Assembly: GCA_041649135.1 (NCBI GenBank)
Contig: JBAZNQ010000001.1
Span: forward strand, 445,438 to 509,437
Direction: 5' to 3'
Source of the DNA: Patescibacteria group bacterium
GTDB taxonomy: Bacteria > Patescibacteriota > Kazan-3B-28
DNA: 64,000 nt
Positions 46,286 to 57,644 of the stretch are shown in pieces. The notes below the pieces were generated by a model. That model was not told where the DNA came from. It saw only the letters and a program-made list of their open reading frames with translations, and did not search any database. Numbering within the stretch: the stretch's first letter is position 1; each line of letters starts with the position of its first letter. Both the position numbers and the translations under genes were made by a program.

Positions 46286-48772
46286 CTAACCACTAGATGC
46301 CACCGTTGCCTTTGCCCGCACCCGTGGCCGAACTGGCGTCAACGCCAGTTTATCACCAGCCTGCCCCACTCTAACTGTCGAACCTTTGGAGAACTCCTTG
46401 TTCAGGATACCCTCCGCCAGCGGGTCTTCGATCATACTTTGGATTAACCGTCTTACCGGTCTAGCTCCCAGCTCCGGCTCAAATCCGTGTTCAGCCAACC
46501 ACTGTTGAGCCTCTGTGGCAACATTCAGTTTAATTTTTTGTCTCTCCAATCGAACACTCAAATCGTGTAACTGTAATTGAACGATTTGCGCAATTTCTTT
46601 GGCTCCCAATGGATGGAAAACCACCGTTTTATCAAACCGGTTCAATAATTCCGGCCGGAATTTTTTCTTCACTTCATCCAACACCTGCTCTTTCACCTTT
46701 TCATAATCCTGCCCCACCACTGCGCTCTGGTTAAAGCCCAATACTGCTTGTCGGTTCAATGCTTCCGTCCCAACATTAGAAGTCAAAATTACAATTGTGT
46801 TGCGAAAAGATACCTTTCGTCCCTTGGCGTCAGTCAGAGAGCCGTCCTCCAACATCTGCAACAAAATGTTCATTACCTCCGGATGAGCCTTTTCAATTTC
46901 GTCCATCAACACCACCGCATACGGTTTGCGTCGAACCGCCTCAGTCAGTTTACCGGCCTCATCATATCCAACATATCCCGGTGGCGCCCCAATCAATCTC
47001 GACACCGCATGCCGTTCCATAAATTCGCTCATATCGATCTTTATCAGCGCATCACGGTCTTTGAAAACTTCCTCTGCCAGCACTTTAGCCAATTCCGTCT
47101 TGCCCACCCCAGTCGGCCCCAAAAATAAGAATGAGCCCATTGGCCGATCTGGATTACCGATATCAACTCGCGACCGCTTAATCGCTGACGCGACTACCGC
47201 GACTGCTTCATCCTGACCAATAATTCTCGTCTTCAATACTTTATCCAAATCGTGCAGCCGCTCCATCTCATCAGCCGCCAAATTGCCCACCGGAATATTA
47301 GTCCACTGGGAGACCACTTTGGCGATATCTTTTTCTTCCACTTTTGGCCAGCCGGTTTTCTTAGTTTTGTTGCGCTGTTTCAAGACTCCCTCAATTTTCT
47401 TCTTCAGTCGCATTTCTTGTGCCCGCAGTTTTGCCGCTTCTTCAAAATCCTGACGGTCAATCGCCTCTTCCTTCAAACCAACCACCTTTTCCAATTCTTC
47501 TTTTTCTACTTGAGCTACTTCCGGCTCGCTAATCCCTGCCGCGATCCGGACCGCTGAAGCCGCCTCGTCAATTAAGTCAATCGCCTTGTCTGGTAGGAAT
47601 CGATCGTTAATGTAGCGCACCGACAAATTCACCGATGCCTCAATCGCTTTATCACTAATCGTTACCTTGTGATACTGCTCATAATTCTGCCGCACACCTT
47701 TCATAATTTTGATCGTGTCCTCTGGCGTTGGTTCACTAACCATGACCGACTGGAAGCGTCGCTCCAATGCCGCATCTTTTTCGATATGCTTGCGATACTC
47801 ATCTAGTGTCGTTGCCCCGATCATCTGTAAAGCGCCACGGGATAGTGCCGGCTTCAATATATTAGCCGCATCCAAACTCCCTTCTGCACTACCCGCTCCC
47901 ACCAACGTATGTAATTCATCAACAAACAAGATGACATCTTTCGCCTTTGTCACCTCATCAATCATTTGGTTAATTCTATCTTCAAATTCACCCCGATACT
48001 TGGTCCCCGCTACCATCGCTGACGGGTTGATCGCCATAATCCGCTTACCCTTGATATTCTCCGGCACCTTACCATCTTTTACCAGCAAAGCTAGTCCTTC
48101 TGCGATTGCTGTCTTACCGATTCCCGGCTCGCCCAACAAGACTGGATTATTCTTGGTTCGACGATTCAAAATTTGAATAACCCGAGCGATTTCATTGTCC
48201 CGCCCGATGACGGGATCGATCTTCCCTTCCCGCGCCATTTGAGTAATATCAACACTAAATTGATCCAAGATCGGCGTAGTGGTCTTACCCTCTTTCCCAT
48301 CTGTCGCTCCTACTCTTACCCGCGGCTCACGATCCCGATTAGCTTCCATTAGCGCCGCTACCTGTGCCGCCGCTACTCCGGGGTCAATCCCCAATTCCAG
48401 CAACATGGCATAGGCCAAACTACTGCGATTTTGAACCATCGCAAATAACAAGTGTTCGGTTCCGATATAAAAACTACCATACTGGGCGGCTACCAATACC
48501 GCTCCCTCAATTAATCGCTTTGCATGTTCCGTCAGCCCAGCTCGTTGGCCAGCCGATTTTTGGACAAAACCCAAAACCATTTCTACCCGTTCGGCACTCA
48601 CCCCTAGGCTACTCAATATTTCATAAGCCGAGCCACTCTTCACATTTAACATCGCCATCAGCACATGCTCACTTCCCAAATGAAAATCTCCCAAATCCCG
48701 TGCCAACTTTTGAGCGTTCGTTAACACCTTCTTGGCGTTGGTCGTGAATTTGTCCAAAAAGTAATTTTCCAT
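46286..48772 (-). CDS. clpC: ATP-dependent Clp protease ATPase ClpC
   Basis: Clp-N repeats, [11 protein letters not shown] middle domain (FEEAAKLR), GPTGVGKT. Confidence 0.95.
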   Translation of the reverse strand: MENYFLDKFTTNAKKVLTNAQKLARDLGDFHLGSEHVLMAMLNVKSGSAYEILSSLGVSAERVEMVLGFVQKSAGQRAGLTEHAKRLIEGAVLVAAQYGSFYIGTEHLLFAMVQNRSSLAYAMLLELGIDPGVAAAQVAALMEANRDREPRVRVGATDGKEGKTTTPILDQFSVDITQMAREGKIDPVIGRDNEIARVIQILNRRTKNNPVLLGEPGIGKTAIAEGLALLVKDGKVPENIKGKRIMAINPSAMVAGTKYRGEFEDRINQMIDEVTKAKDVILFVDELHTLVGAGSAEGSLDAANILKPALSRGALQMIGATTLDEYRKHIEKDAALERRFQSVMVSEPTPEDTIKIMKGVRQNYEQYHKVTISDKAIEASVNLSVRYINDRFLPDKAIDLIDEAASAVRIAAGISEPEVAQVEKEELEKVVGLKEEAIDRQDFEEAAKLRAQEMRLKKKIEGVLKQRNKTKKTGWPKVEEKDIAKVVSQWTNIPVGNLAADEMERLHDLDKVLKTRIIGQDEAVAVVASAIKRSRVDIGNPDRPMGSFLFLGPTGVGKTELAKVLAEEVFKDRDALIKIDMSEFMERHAVSRLIGAPPGYVGYDEAGKLTEAVRRKPYAVVLMDEIEKAHPEVMNILLQMLEDGSLTDAKGRKVSFRNTIVILTSNVGTEALNRQAVLGFNQSAVVGQDYEKVKEQVLDEVKKKFRPELLNRFDKTVVFHPLGAKEIAQIVQLQLHDLSVRLERQKIKLNVATEAQQWLAEHGFEPELGARPVRRLIQSMIEDPLAEGILNKEFSKGSTVRVGQAGDKLALTPVRPRVRAKATVASSG

Positions 48773-48793
48773 TTTTATCTCCCCCTTGGTTAA

Positions 48794-50008
48794 TTAAGCT
48801 TCTTCGTCACCTGCCGGTGTCTCCGGTTCTTCCGGTTTTTCTGATTCCGAAGGTTCTACCACCATTTCAGTCGGTGTTTCAGCTGATGTTTCTTCAGTTA
48901 CTTCAGCCGGCGCCATCTCAACTTCTTCTGCTACTTCACTTTCCGCTTCGGTTGCTTCATTTCTGTTCAAACCAACATGCGTACCTTTTTCTACTTCAAT
49001 CTGCCAAGCGGCCAATTTGCTAGCCAACCGGACATTCTGCCCCGCTTTACCAATCGCCAAACTTAATTGATCATCTTCTACCTTAATTAAAGCTGAATGG
49101 CTAGCTTCATCTAACACCACTTCTTTAATTTTAGCTGGCGACAATGCGTTGATGATGTACTGCTTCGCATTCTCATCCCACAGTACGATGTCGATTTTTT
49201 CCTCACCAATTTCTGCCATCACCGCTTGTACTCGCACTCCTCGCCGACCAACCAATGAACCAACTGGGTCGACTGCTTCTTGGGTGGAATGTACCGCTAC
49301 TTTTGATCTGACCCCAGCCTCCCGCGCTACACCCTTAATTTCCACCGTACCGGCAGCAATTTCTGGCACTTCCATTTCGAAGAGTCTGGCGATCATCTGC
49401 GGATGCGACCGCGACAATAGTACCTGCGGTTCACGTCCGGAATCATCCACTTTCACAATATAGAATTTCATCCGCTGACCAGAGTAGTACCGATCTACCC
49501 GTGATTGTTCGGATGGGAACAAAATACCGGTCGATTTACCGATATCAACCATCACCACATTTCCTTCCACTCGCTGAATCGTTCCATTAATCAGCTGCCC
49601 TTCCTTTTCTTTATATTCTTGGAAAATCATATTCCGCTCTGCCTCTCGCAACCGCTGTAAAATTACTTGCTTGGCAGTCTGCGCGGCTACCCGACCATAT
49701 TCAGCCGGTGGGAAAACTTCTTCCCGAATTTCACCGCCCACTTCGGCATCTTTATCAACTTTTTTGGCATCTTTTAAAGTGATCTCTTTCATTGGATCTT
49801 CAACTTCTTCCACGATTTTGTGTACAACAAACAACCGCGTCTTTTCCGACTTCGGATCGATCTGGGCAACTACTAGCTGCTCTTTCTGACCAAAATCCTT
49901 CCGATATGCTGCCGCCAGAGCCGCTTCCACCGTCTCTAAAACCGCTTCCCGACTAATCCCTTTTTCTTCGGCAATCTGTAAGATCGCTGCCATAAATTCT
50001 GATGCCAT
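48794..50008 (-). CDS. nusA: Transcription termination factor NusA
   Basis: GRVAAQTAKQVI.Q, LFEMEVPEI, AREAG.RSKVAV, SLAIGK.GQNVRLA. Confidence 0.97.
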   Translation of the reverse strand: MASEFMAAILQIAEEKGISREAVLETVEAALAAAYRKDFGQKEQLVVAQIDPKSEKTRLFVVHKIVEEVEDPMKEITLKDAKKVDKDAEVGGEIREEVFPPAEYGRVAAQTAKQVILQRLREAERNMIFQEYKEKEGQLINGTIQRVEGNVVMVDIGKSTGILFPSEQSRVDRYYSGQRMKFYIVKVDDSGREPQVLLSRSHPQMIARLFEMEVPEIAAGTVEIKGVAREAGVRSKVAVHSTQEAVDPVGSLVGRRGVRVQAVMAEIGEEKIDIVLWDENAKQYIINALSPAKIKEVVLDEASHSALIKVEDDQLSLAIGKAGQNVRLASKLAAWQIEVEKGTHVGLNRNEATEAESEVAEEVEMAPAEVTEETSAETPTEMVVEPSESEKPEEPETPAGDEEA

Positions 50009-50175
50009 AAAATTTGCTTAATTTATTTACCGGATGAGGTCTATTGCCATGTGTCTTATCTGACCACTAGTCGTTATTCCTCAATCCCTATCCTTATATA
50101 TTCATCATAAACCAGCAGGCTTGAGTATCAAACCTGCTATCCATGAGCACTCGGAGTATATCTTACATACCCACC

Positions 50176-50523
50176 TTAGTCAACGGTCTCAATCTCGCTA
50201 ATCAACTCTGGCTCCCCTTCACCCAAAATTGTTACCACTCCCAGCCCGACCGGCCAGCTCACCTCGCGCTCCTTTATCCATGTTAACGCCACCCGTTCCA
50301 TCCGTTTCAGTTTCATTCTCCCAATCGCTTCCGCCGGCAATCCAAATCTCTGACTGCTACGCGCCTTTACCTCTACCATCATGACTTGTTTCCCGTTAAA
50401 GGCGACCAAATCAACCTCACCCCATCGACAGCGATAGTTTCGTTCCACTATCTTCCAACCCCGCTTTTCCAAAAACTCCCCCGCCCTGTCCTCACCTCGT
50501 TGTCCCGTAGTTTGATTTTTCAT
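50176..50523 (-). CDS. YraN family endonuclease-like protein
   Basis: GEDRA..FL...G.KIVERNYR...GEVDLVA...VEVKAR. Confidence 0.9.
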   Translation of the reverse strand: MKNQTTGQRGEDRAGEFLEKRGWKIVERNYRCRWGEVDLVAFNGKQVMMVEVKARSSQRFGLPAEAIGRMKLKRMERVALTWIKEREVSWPVGLGVVTILGEGEPELISEIETVD

Positions 50524-50626
50524 CCCCACCAACACTATACCCCAATCTTCACAGACCCTTCGGAGTTCTGCTGGGAAGCGAACGTAATCTGCTGTTCCCT
50601 AATCTCTGACCCCTAGTCCCTAATCC

Positions 50627-51316
50627 CTATAGACTCCCCTGTGTCAACTTATGGTGCATCATCATTTTCACTGGCGCAAAGCTTTTCCGATGCGCTGGAC
50701 AAACCCCGTGCTTAGCAATCCGTTCCTGATGTAGTTGCGTCCCATAGCCTTTATGGATCGCAAAACCAAATCGCGGATACTTATTATGTAGTTCCACCAT
50801 CAGCCGGTCCCGCACTACCTTCGCCACGATCGAACCAGCCGCAATTGACATTGATTTAGCATCGCCATCAATGATCCCACTACTCGGCGCCTGCTCAAAA
50901 TTAACTTTAAACCCATCCACCAAAATAAACTCCGGCTTAATTTTCAAAGCGTCAATGGCTTGCGCCATTGCTACATAGGTCGCTTGGGCAACTCCCAATT
51001 TATCAACCTCCTCCACTTCCACTATTCCCACCCCGGTCGCAACTGCCAATTCCTGGATCTTCGAAAACAACCCGTCACGTTGAGCCGGTGTTAGCTGTTT
51101 TGAATCATTAATCCCAAGTTTGTCCGGCAAGTCTTCCGGCAAAATCACCGCCGCGGCTACCACCGGTCCAGCCCACGCCCCCCGACCTGCTTCGTCGACT
51201 CCGGCGATCAATTTAATTCCCGTCGCTTTAAGCGTTGTCTCCAGTTCCAGCGTCGGGTTCAGCCACTGACTCGTCTTCCCCCTCGGTTTCGTGTAGTTGT
51301 TGTTCTGACTCATCAT
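50627..51316 (-). CDS. rnhB: Ribonuclease HII
   Basis: GVDEAGRGAWAGPVVAAA, DSKQL, LVDG, SIAAGSIVAKV.RD, HKGYGT, HRKSF; exact start uncertain. Confidence 0.95.
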   Translation of the reverse strand: MMSQNNNYTKPRGKTSQWLNPTLELETTLKATGIKLIAGVDEAGRGAWAGPVVAAAVILPEDLPDKLGINDSKQLTPAQRDGLFSKIQELAVATGVGIVEVEEVDKLGVAQATYVAMAQAIDALKIKPEFILVDGFKVNFEQAPSSGIIDGDAKSMSIAAGSIVAKVVRDRLMVELHNKYPRFGFAIHKGYGTQLHQERIAKHGVCPAHRKSFAPVKMMMHHKLTQGSL

Positions 51317-51830
51317 TATTCGTCGAGGGTTGATTATCCTCTGTCTCGTTTGTTTCAGTTGATTGAGCTTCAGCCGCCTTACGTTTTTCTTCAGCCTGAA
51401 CTGCTTCTGCAATATCTTCTTCCGTAGCTTCAATCTTAGCTTCTGTATCCTGACCCAAAACTTCCGCCCAAGCTTCCTTCTGGCTCGTCTTATCCTTCAT
51501 CTTCAATGCTTTGCCAGTCAACGCCCGCAAATAGTACAACTTGGCTCGCTTTATATTTGAACCCCGCTTAAATTCTACTTTCGTAATGTTTGGCGAGTGA
51601 AGCAAGAAGACTTTTTCAACTCCGATGCCAGAGGAAATCTTGCGAACAGTAAAACTGGCATTCACACCTTTGCCATGGTTAGTCGCAATGACAATCCCTT
51701 CGAACACCTGAATTCTCTCTTTATTACCTTCCCGAATCTTTTGGTGAACTCGAACTACATCGCCCACTTCGATATCAGGGACGCTGGTCTTCTGGGATAG
51801 TTTCAAAATTGATTCTGCTTTTGAGGTCAT
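51228..51830 (-). CDS. rplS: 50S ribosomal protein L19 with acidic C-terminal extension
   Basis: GDVVRVH.KI.EG.KERIQVFEG, FTVRKIS.GIGVEK.F.LHSP, RAKLYYLR. Confidence 0.96.
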   Translation of the reverse strand: MTSKAESILKLSQKTSVPDIEVGDVVRVHQKIREGNKERIQVFEGIVIATNHGKGVNASFTVRKISSGIGVEKVFLLHSPNITKVEFKRGSNIKRAKLYYLRALTGKALKMKDKTSQKEAWAEVLGQDTEAKIEATEEDIAEAVQAEEKRKAAEAQSTETNETEDNQPSTNNDESEQQLHETEGEDESVAEPDAGTGDNA

Positions 51831-51926
51831 AACTTGGACATCCTACCAAAAGCTCGTCTCCAGCGCAAGCTTTTTACATCAAGAAAGCCCTGCTCCCCAA
51901 GAGGGGCAGGGCTTCATTAGATAGGT

Positions 51927-53945
51927 TCACTTTACGTCCAGCTGGATGCCGGGGGCAACTGGCGGAGCCAGAGTCTCCCAAGTCACTTTCACTAATTGAG
52001 ACTGTGACTGTGCCACTAAGTCCATCTTCAGCCTTCGGATTTGATCTCCGCTGACAAGATAAACATTAAAGTCCGCCCAGCTCTGTCCGAGCCCTCGACT
52101 ATCAATGTCCATCGCACTAATGCTTGGGATTGTTGATTGGTCAAAAACCTCCAAAACTGAATTGAGCTTCTGATTGAACAGACCCAGCCCAAACACCGAC
52201 ACCACCACTAGCTGGGTTTTATCCCCGACTGGTTTCAGCGCTAACAGACCAGTCCCGATTTTCATCGGCTGGCTGACCCCAACCGCCACCGACTTCGTTG
52301 CCTCTAGGGGCACCTCCTTATCCGCTACATTCACAGAATATAGCGAATATCCGCTCCCTTGCTTAATCGCGAAATAAACTTGCTCACCAATTAATACTGG
52401 CGGGCTATCCAACTCCATCGGCCCCGTTACCAGTATTTTGGCCATCCCTGCTTTATCGCGTAGCATCAAGTTGCCATCAGACACGAACGCGATCCATTTC
52501 CCATCATCACTCACACCGGCCAGACTGCTCTTACCGTCAATCGTCAGTTGAACAACTCGCCCATCATCCGACTGCACCGCAATAATATCTGACCGACCAG
52601 TCTGTGCTCGAGTTAAGATCAAATCATTGTTCAGCCACTGTGGCCAACTAAACTGGCCCGAGCCCAAACGCAGTTGAGTTAACGACTCTTGGCTATCCGA
52701 CCGAACCCATATCTCGCCTTGCTGATTGGCAAACACCAGTCTGGCGTCAGCCAATGTCGTACCGCTGGAATAAGACGGCAACTTAATATCGTCCGGCAGT
52801 TCTGGTAACCACAAGTCAAAGTTGTCCACTTTGCTCTGTGGCGGCAAAATTCGCGGAATCAGAATATCCATTACCGTCATCCACAATTCAGTCCCGCCAT
52901 TGTCTTGTAACATCTCGGAATGGTTGTGCATTGGAATAACGATAGTGTTCGCATCTTCAGCATAGCCACGAAAATGCTTCGAATCTCGTGACAGTGCCGA
53001 ATCCAGCGATACAATCCCGTCACTCGGTCCGGCTCCTAGTCTGTCTAGTGCTAAACCGGTAGCCCGATAATAGGCCGCATCCTGAACAGCACCAGCGTTG
53101 GTCGCTCGCGTAAACAATTGATCGCCCGCCAACAGCAAATCCAGATTTCTCTGAATTGAACCTTCATCAGACACATCAATCGTCCCACCCAAAAGATACC
53201 AATCGCTGGTCAGCGAATATTCCTTATAAGATTCCATCGCCGGAGGATAATCTACCCGTAACCACTTCACTCCCTCGGCGTTGAAATCGATCCCCAAATA
53301 ACCTGCCATCCAGCTAACTAACGACGCCAATATTTTACCGGTGTATGGGAATGCCTTCCCAATGCCCTGTTCAGCTGTTGCTTTATCAGCCAGCTCACAT
53401 CCCATGTGGGGCGTCGCCAATGTTAATACCGCATCGGTCTTTCGCCCCCCAGTCTCTCCCCAGTATCGGCGCAAAACCTTGCCGCCTTTACTGTGCCCGA
53501 CGAATTCGGACTTGGTTTTCCCAGAAGTTAAGTCTGGGTCACTTTCCAACTTATCCTCCAACCAACCAGCGATTTGAAGATCGGAAAACTTGGAGTTATA
53601 CCAATAGCCGTACCATTTGCTATCGCTATATAACTCTCTACCAGTCCGATCCCGATAAACGCCCTGACATGTCATCAGCGGCAACGCCATAGTAGTTTTT
53701 AGAGCCTCTTCAGTCGGACCATCCACATCAGTCGAACCGTTCAACCCTAGTACCACCACAACTGGTTTCCGACCATTCAACGGCTGATTATCGCTAAGTT
53801 CCACCCACCGACCCTTCGCACTCCATGCCTTCAGCCCATCGACCAGACTGTTTTGAACCATACTGTCTGGCACGCTCGCCCAGACAGCGGTCACGGCGGC
53901 GACAGCCACCAGACCCGTCTTCCACGACAAAAGCTTGGGTAGCAT
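51927..53945 (-). CDS. Secreted alpha/beta hydrolase (lipase-like) with TolB-like beta-propeller C-terminus
   Basis: Signal-like N-terminus; GHSKGG nucleophile elbow, LATPHMG, SDGIV, HNHS; DGKWIAFVS blade. Confidence 0.75.
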   Translation of the reverse strand: MLPKLLSWKTGLVAVAAVTAVWASVPDSMVQNSLVDGLKAWSAKGRWVELSDNQPLNGRKPVVVVLGLNGSTDVDGPTEEALKTTMALPLMTCQGVYRDRTGRELYSDSKWYGYWYNSKFSDLQIAGWLEDKLESDPDLTSGKTKSEFVGHSKGGKVLRRYWGETGGRKTDAVLTLATPHMGCELADKATAEQGIGKAFPYTGKILASLVSWMAGYLGIDFNAEGVKWLRVDYPPAMESYKEYSLTSDWYLLGGTIDVSDEGSIQRNLDLLLAGDQLFTRATNAGAVQDAAYYRATGLALDRLGAGPSDGIVSLDSALSRDSKHFRGYAEDANTIVIPMHNHSEMLQDNGGTELWMTVMDILIPRILPPQSKVDNFDLWLPELPDDIKLPSYSSGTTLADARLVFANQQGEIWVRSDSQESLTQLRLGSGQFSWPQWLNNDLILTRAQTGRSDIIAVQSDDGRVVQLTIDGKSSLAGVSDDGKWIAFVSDGNLMLRDKAGMAKILVTGPMELDSPPVLIGEQVYFAIKQGSGYSLYSVNVADKEVPLEATKSVAVGVSQPMKIGTGLLALKPVGDKTQLVVVSVFGLGLFNQKLNSVLEVFDQSTIPSISAMDIDSRGLGQSWADFNVYLVSGDQIRRLKMDLVAQSQSQLVKVTWETLAPPVAPGIQLDVK

Positions 53946-53988
53946 GATCGCCACCTCCTAATTGGTAATGTGCTACATCCTTTATTGT

Positions 53989-56900
53989 CTACTTTAACAG
54001 CGTCGTCAACTCACGTTCTAACGCATCGGAACGGACTGCTTTCGTATTTGTTTTAACTTTCTGCCACCGACCATTGCTAAAGATCTCCAGCATGACCGTT
54101 AAATCCCCCTGATATTTTTCCAGCGTCTGTTTTAGGTTAGTCAACTTACCATTCGTAAAAGTTCGTGGGATCTTGATCAGCATCCCGCTGCTGGTATATT
54201 CGAATCGCTGGATAATTGGTTTCACGAAACTCGGCCTGTCCTCTGCCCTTCTGGTGATCATGGCCGCTTCTTCTAGTTGCTTCAAATAGGCGTCATTAAT
54301 TTCATACGCTTCGCTTGCCAAGATTTTTGGCTCTGCCACTACCACAATATTTTCTCCCTGATTTTCCGCTCGCTCTTTGACATTGACTCTCCCCGCTACC
54401 AAAACAATTTTGTCGCGTTCCCATAATTTCCTAGTCGCATCCAAAACCCTTGGAAATACAATTGCCTCGATCGTTCCTCCTAAGTCCTCCAAAGTTACAA
54501 ATAACATTGCGTCACCGTTTTTGGTAAATACCTTCTGCACCCGATTTATCACTCCTGCCACCTTCACAGTCTTGTTGTCATCCGCCCCAGCCAAAGAGGT
54601 CACCTGTCGCACGATCCCTACCAATCGCGGCATGATTTCTTTCAATGGATGGCGTGACACAAATGTTCCTAAATATTCCTTTTCCCATGCTAATCTCTCT
54701 TGATCGGTGGCCGATTCTCCCGGCATCAACTTGATATTCTGTTGGGTCGCCGTCTCCTGCTCACCAAACATTCCCAGTTGATTCGAATTCATATGTCGCT
54801 GATACTCCAACGAGAAATTCAAGATCGCTTCAATATTCTCGTAGAGCGTCTTGCGCTCACCAAAATCATCCAACACTCCGGTCAAGATCAGACTTTCCAT
54901 CGTTTTGCGGTTAATCACTTCCCGCCCCGCTCGTTTCACAAAATCAACCAAATCCTTATATACCCCGTTCTTTTGCCGCTCCTCCACCATCATGTCAGAA
55001 ACCTTCCGACCAACATTTTTGATCGCATTCAATCCAAAAACGATCGCTCCGGTATCCTTGACGACCGCAAAGTCAGTAAAGCTTTTATTGATCGACGGTG
55101 GCAAAACTTCTATCTTCATGTGCTCGCATTCAGTAATGTTCTTGGCAATTTTGTCTAAGTCCTGCTGTTCAGAAGTCATCAAGGCCGCCATAAACGCGCT
55201 CGGGAAATGAGCCTTCAAATATGCCGTCCAGTAGGCGATTACCGCATAACTCACCGAGTGAGCTCGGTTAAACCCATACAAAGCAAATGGTTCTACAAAA
55301 TGAAATAGCTGTTCAGCAATATCCGATCGGACTCCGTGAGATATCCCGCCAGCAATAAATTTTTCTTTCTGTTCGTTTAAGAGCTTGACGTTCTTTTTCC
55401 CGATCGCCTTTCGCAACACATCCGCCTCACCCAACGTAAATCCGCACAGATCGCGAGCGATCTGCAACACCTGCTCTTGATAAACCGCGATCCCGTAAGT
55501 GTCTTTTAAAATTGGTTCCAATTTTGGATGGATATATTCAATCTTTTTTTGACCCCGCTTTCTGGCAATAAAATCCGGCAAGAATTGGATAGGCCCTGGT
55601 CGATACAATGCCACCATAGCCGCAATATCTCCAAACACAGTCGGCCTAAGCTCCTTAAGATTTTTGCGCATCCCCTCGCCTTCCAGCTGGAACACTCCGG
55701 TAGTATTTGCCGCCGCCAGCAATTCAAAAGTTTTTTTGTCATCAAAGGGTAGCTTGGTAACATCAACCTCTACCCCATCAACTTTTCGAATAATTCTTAG
55801 AGCATTTTTAATAATGGTCAGGTTTTTCAACCCCAAGAAGTCCATCTTCAATAGCCCCAAAGATTCCAGCGGGTACATCGAATATTGGCTCACCAAAACT
55901 TTGTCATCCGACGGTGAATATTGAAGCGGCATATAATTGGTCAAATCCATATCACCAATTACAACTCCGGCCGCATGAACCGACGCATGTCGAATCGTGC
56001 CCTCTAATTTCATCGACAAATCCAATACTCGCCTTACCGAGTCGCTGCCGGTATACATCTCTTTTAGCTCCGCCACTTCTTCAATATGTTTTGACAGCGG
56101 GGTAAATTTCCCTTGTTGCGGTGGCGGGATCAATTTGGCGATCCGGTCCACTTCTCCATACGGCATCCCCAGCACCCGACCAACATCCCGCACCGCCGCT
56201 CTGGATGCCATCGTCCCAAAAGTAATGATCTGGGCAACTTTGTCCGCCCCATATTTCTGACGAACATATTCGATCACTTCACCCCGCCGGTCATCCGCAA
56301 AATCCATATCGATATCCGGCATTGATACCCGTTCTGGGTTTAAGAATCGTTCAAACAGTAACCCATGTTCCATTGGATTAACCTCGGTAATTCGTAAAAC
56401 ATACGACACCATACTCCCAGCCGCGCTTCCCCGCCCAGGCCCCACCACGATCCCTTGGTTCTTTGCCCAATTCACAAAATCTGCCACGGTCAGCATATAA
56501 CCCTTGTATCCCATCTGGGCGATCACTGAAACTTCATAATCTACCCGCTCCTGAATTTCCGAAGTCATCCCGTCTTCAAATCTAAATTTAAGACCAACTT
56601 CAACCTGCTCCCCAAAGTACTGGTCAATCGTCTTTCCATCCGGCGGCACAAATGCCGGAAAAATAAACTTGCCCATCGGGATCTCCAAATTGCATTTCTC
56701 GGCGATCTTCACCGTATTCTCGATCGCCTCCGGCACATGTTGAAACGCCTCAATGATCTCCTCTGGATCTTTTACATGAAAATGCTCACTCATCATCGAC
56801 ATCCGATTGGTATCCGCCACCCGCGCTCCCGTTTGTACACACAAAAGTACATCCTGCGCTTCAGCATCTTCCAGACATAAATAATGCGCGTCAGCCGATG

Positions 56901-57507
56901 CCACCAGTGGAATATTCAGTTCCTGACTCATCCCGATCAGCGCATCATTCACCAAACCCTGCTCCGGAATGTTGGGGTGCGACTGCAATTCCAAATAATA
57001 GTCATCTCCAAAAACTTGCTTATGCCACAATATCAATTCCTTCGCCTTCCCCAAATTGCCTACCCGAATTGCCCGCGGCACTTCTCCGCTCAAACATCCC
57101 GACAAACACACCAACCCTTGGGAATATTTCTTCAGCGTTTCATGATCTACCCTCGGTTTATAATAAAACCCCCGCAAGTGCGCTTCGGTAGTCAGCTTCA
57201 TCAAATTCCGATAGCCAGTTAAATCCTTAGCCAACAAGGTTAAATGAAAATAATCCCGCTCACCCACCCGAGCTTCTCGGTCCGACATCTTGCCGGCTGT
57301 GATATAAATTTCGTTACCAATAATCGGCTTTATCCCCGCCGCCTTGCATTCTTTATAGAACTCGATCGCCCCATACATGACACCGTGGTCGGTCAGTCCA
57401 ACCGCCTCACCGCCTTGCTCAACTATCCGCTTCACCAAAGCAGGGATTTTAGTCAGCCCATCCAGCAGACTGTAATGGCTGTGCAGATGTAAGTGCACAA
57501 ACTTCAC
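53989..57507 (-). CDS. dnaE: DNA polymerase III alpha subunit
   Basis: FVHLHLHS.YSLLDG (PHP), GPGRGSAAGS, PDIDMDF, KMDFLGL, YGFNRAH, OB fold. Confidence 0.98.
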   Translation of the reverse strand: MKFVHLHLHSHYSLLDGLTKIPALVKRIVEQGGEAVGLTDHGVMYGAIEFYKECKAAGIKPIIGNEIYITAGKMSDREARVGERDYFHLTLLAKDLTGYRNLMKLTTEAHLRGFYYKPRVDHETLKKYSQGLVCLSGCLSGEVPRAIRVGNLGKAKELILWHKQVFGDDYYLELQSHPNIPEQGLVNDALIGMSQELNIPLVASADAHYLCLEDAEAQDVLLCVQTGARVADTNRMSMMSEHFHVKDPEEIIEAFQHVPEAIENTVKIAEKCNLEIPMGKFIFPAFVPPDGKTIDQYFGEQVEVGLKFRFEDGMTSEIQERVDYEVSVIAQMGYKGYMLTVADFVNWAKNQGIVVGPGRGSAAGSMVSYVLRITEVNPMEHGLLFERFLNPERVSMPDIDMDFADDRRGEVIEYVRQKYGADKVAQIITFGTMASRAAVRDVGRVLGMPYGEVDRIAKLIPPPQQGKFTPLSKHIEEVAELKEMYTGSDSVRRVLDLSMKLEGTIRHASVHAAGVVIGDMDLTNYMPLQYSPSDDKVLVSQYSMYPLESLGLLKMDFLGLKNLTIIKNALRIIRKVDGVEVDVTKLPFDDKKTFELLAAANTTGVFQLEGEGMRKNLKELRPTVFGDIAAMVALYRPGPIQFLPDFIARKRGQKKIEYIHPKLEPILKDTYGIAVYQEQVLQIARDLCGFTLGEADVLRKAIGKKNVKLLNEQKEKFIAGGISHGVRSDIAEQLFHFVEPFALYGFNRAHSVSYAVIAYWTAYLKAHFPSAFMAALMTSEQQDLDKIAKNITECEHMKIEVLPPSINKSFTDFAVVKDTGAIVFGLNAIKNVGRKVSDMMVEERQKNGVYKDLVDFVKRAGREVINRKTMESLILTGVLDDFGERKTLYENIEAILNFSLEYQRHMNSNQLGMFGEQETATQQNIKLMPGESATDQERLAWEKEYLGTFVSRHPLKEIMPRLVGIVRQVTSLAGADDNKTVKVAGVINRVQKVFTKNGDAMLFVTLEDLGGTIEAIVFPRVLDATRKLWERDKIVLVAGRVNVKERAENQGENIVVVAEPKILASEAYEINDAYLKQLEEAAMITRRAEDRPSFVKPIIQRFEYTSSGMLIKIPRTFTNGKLTNLKQTLEKYQGDLTVMLEIFSNGRWQKVKTNTKAVRSDALERELTTLLK

Positions 57508-57591
57508 GTTAACCCCACCTCCCAAAGGTTAGAAGCTAGTATAAAACGTACTCCTAATTCTAACACTTTTACCCCGCCCAATAGGTATTTT

Positions 57592-57644
57592 ATCCCGAGG
57601 AACCGAGGGGAACCCGCAAGATGAGATCCCGAGGAACCGAGGGA
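57592..57644. repeat. Two direct copies of ATCCCGAGGAACCGAGGG (small REP-like unit)
   Basis: Copies at 57592 and 57626; related units occur inside rpoD. Confidence 0.7.
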
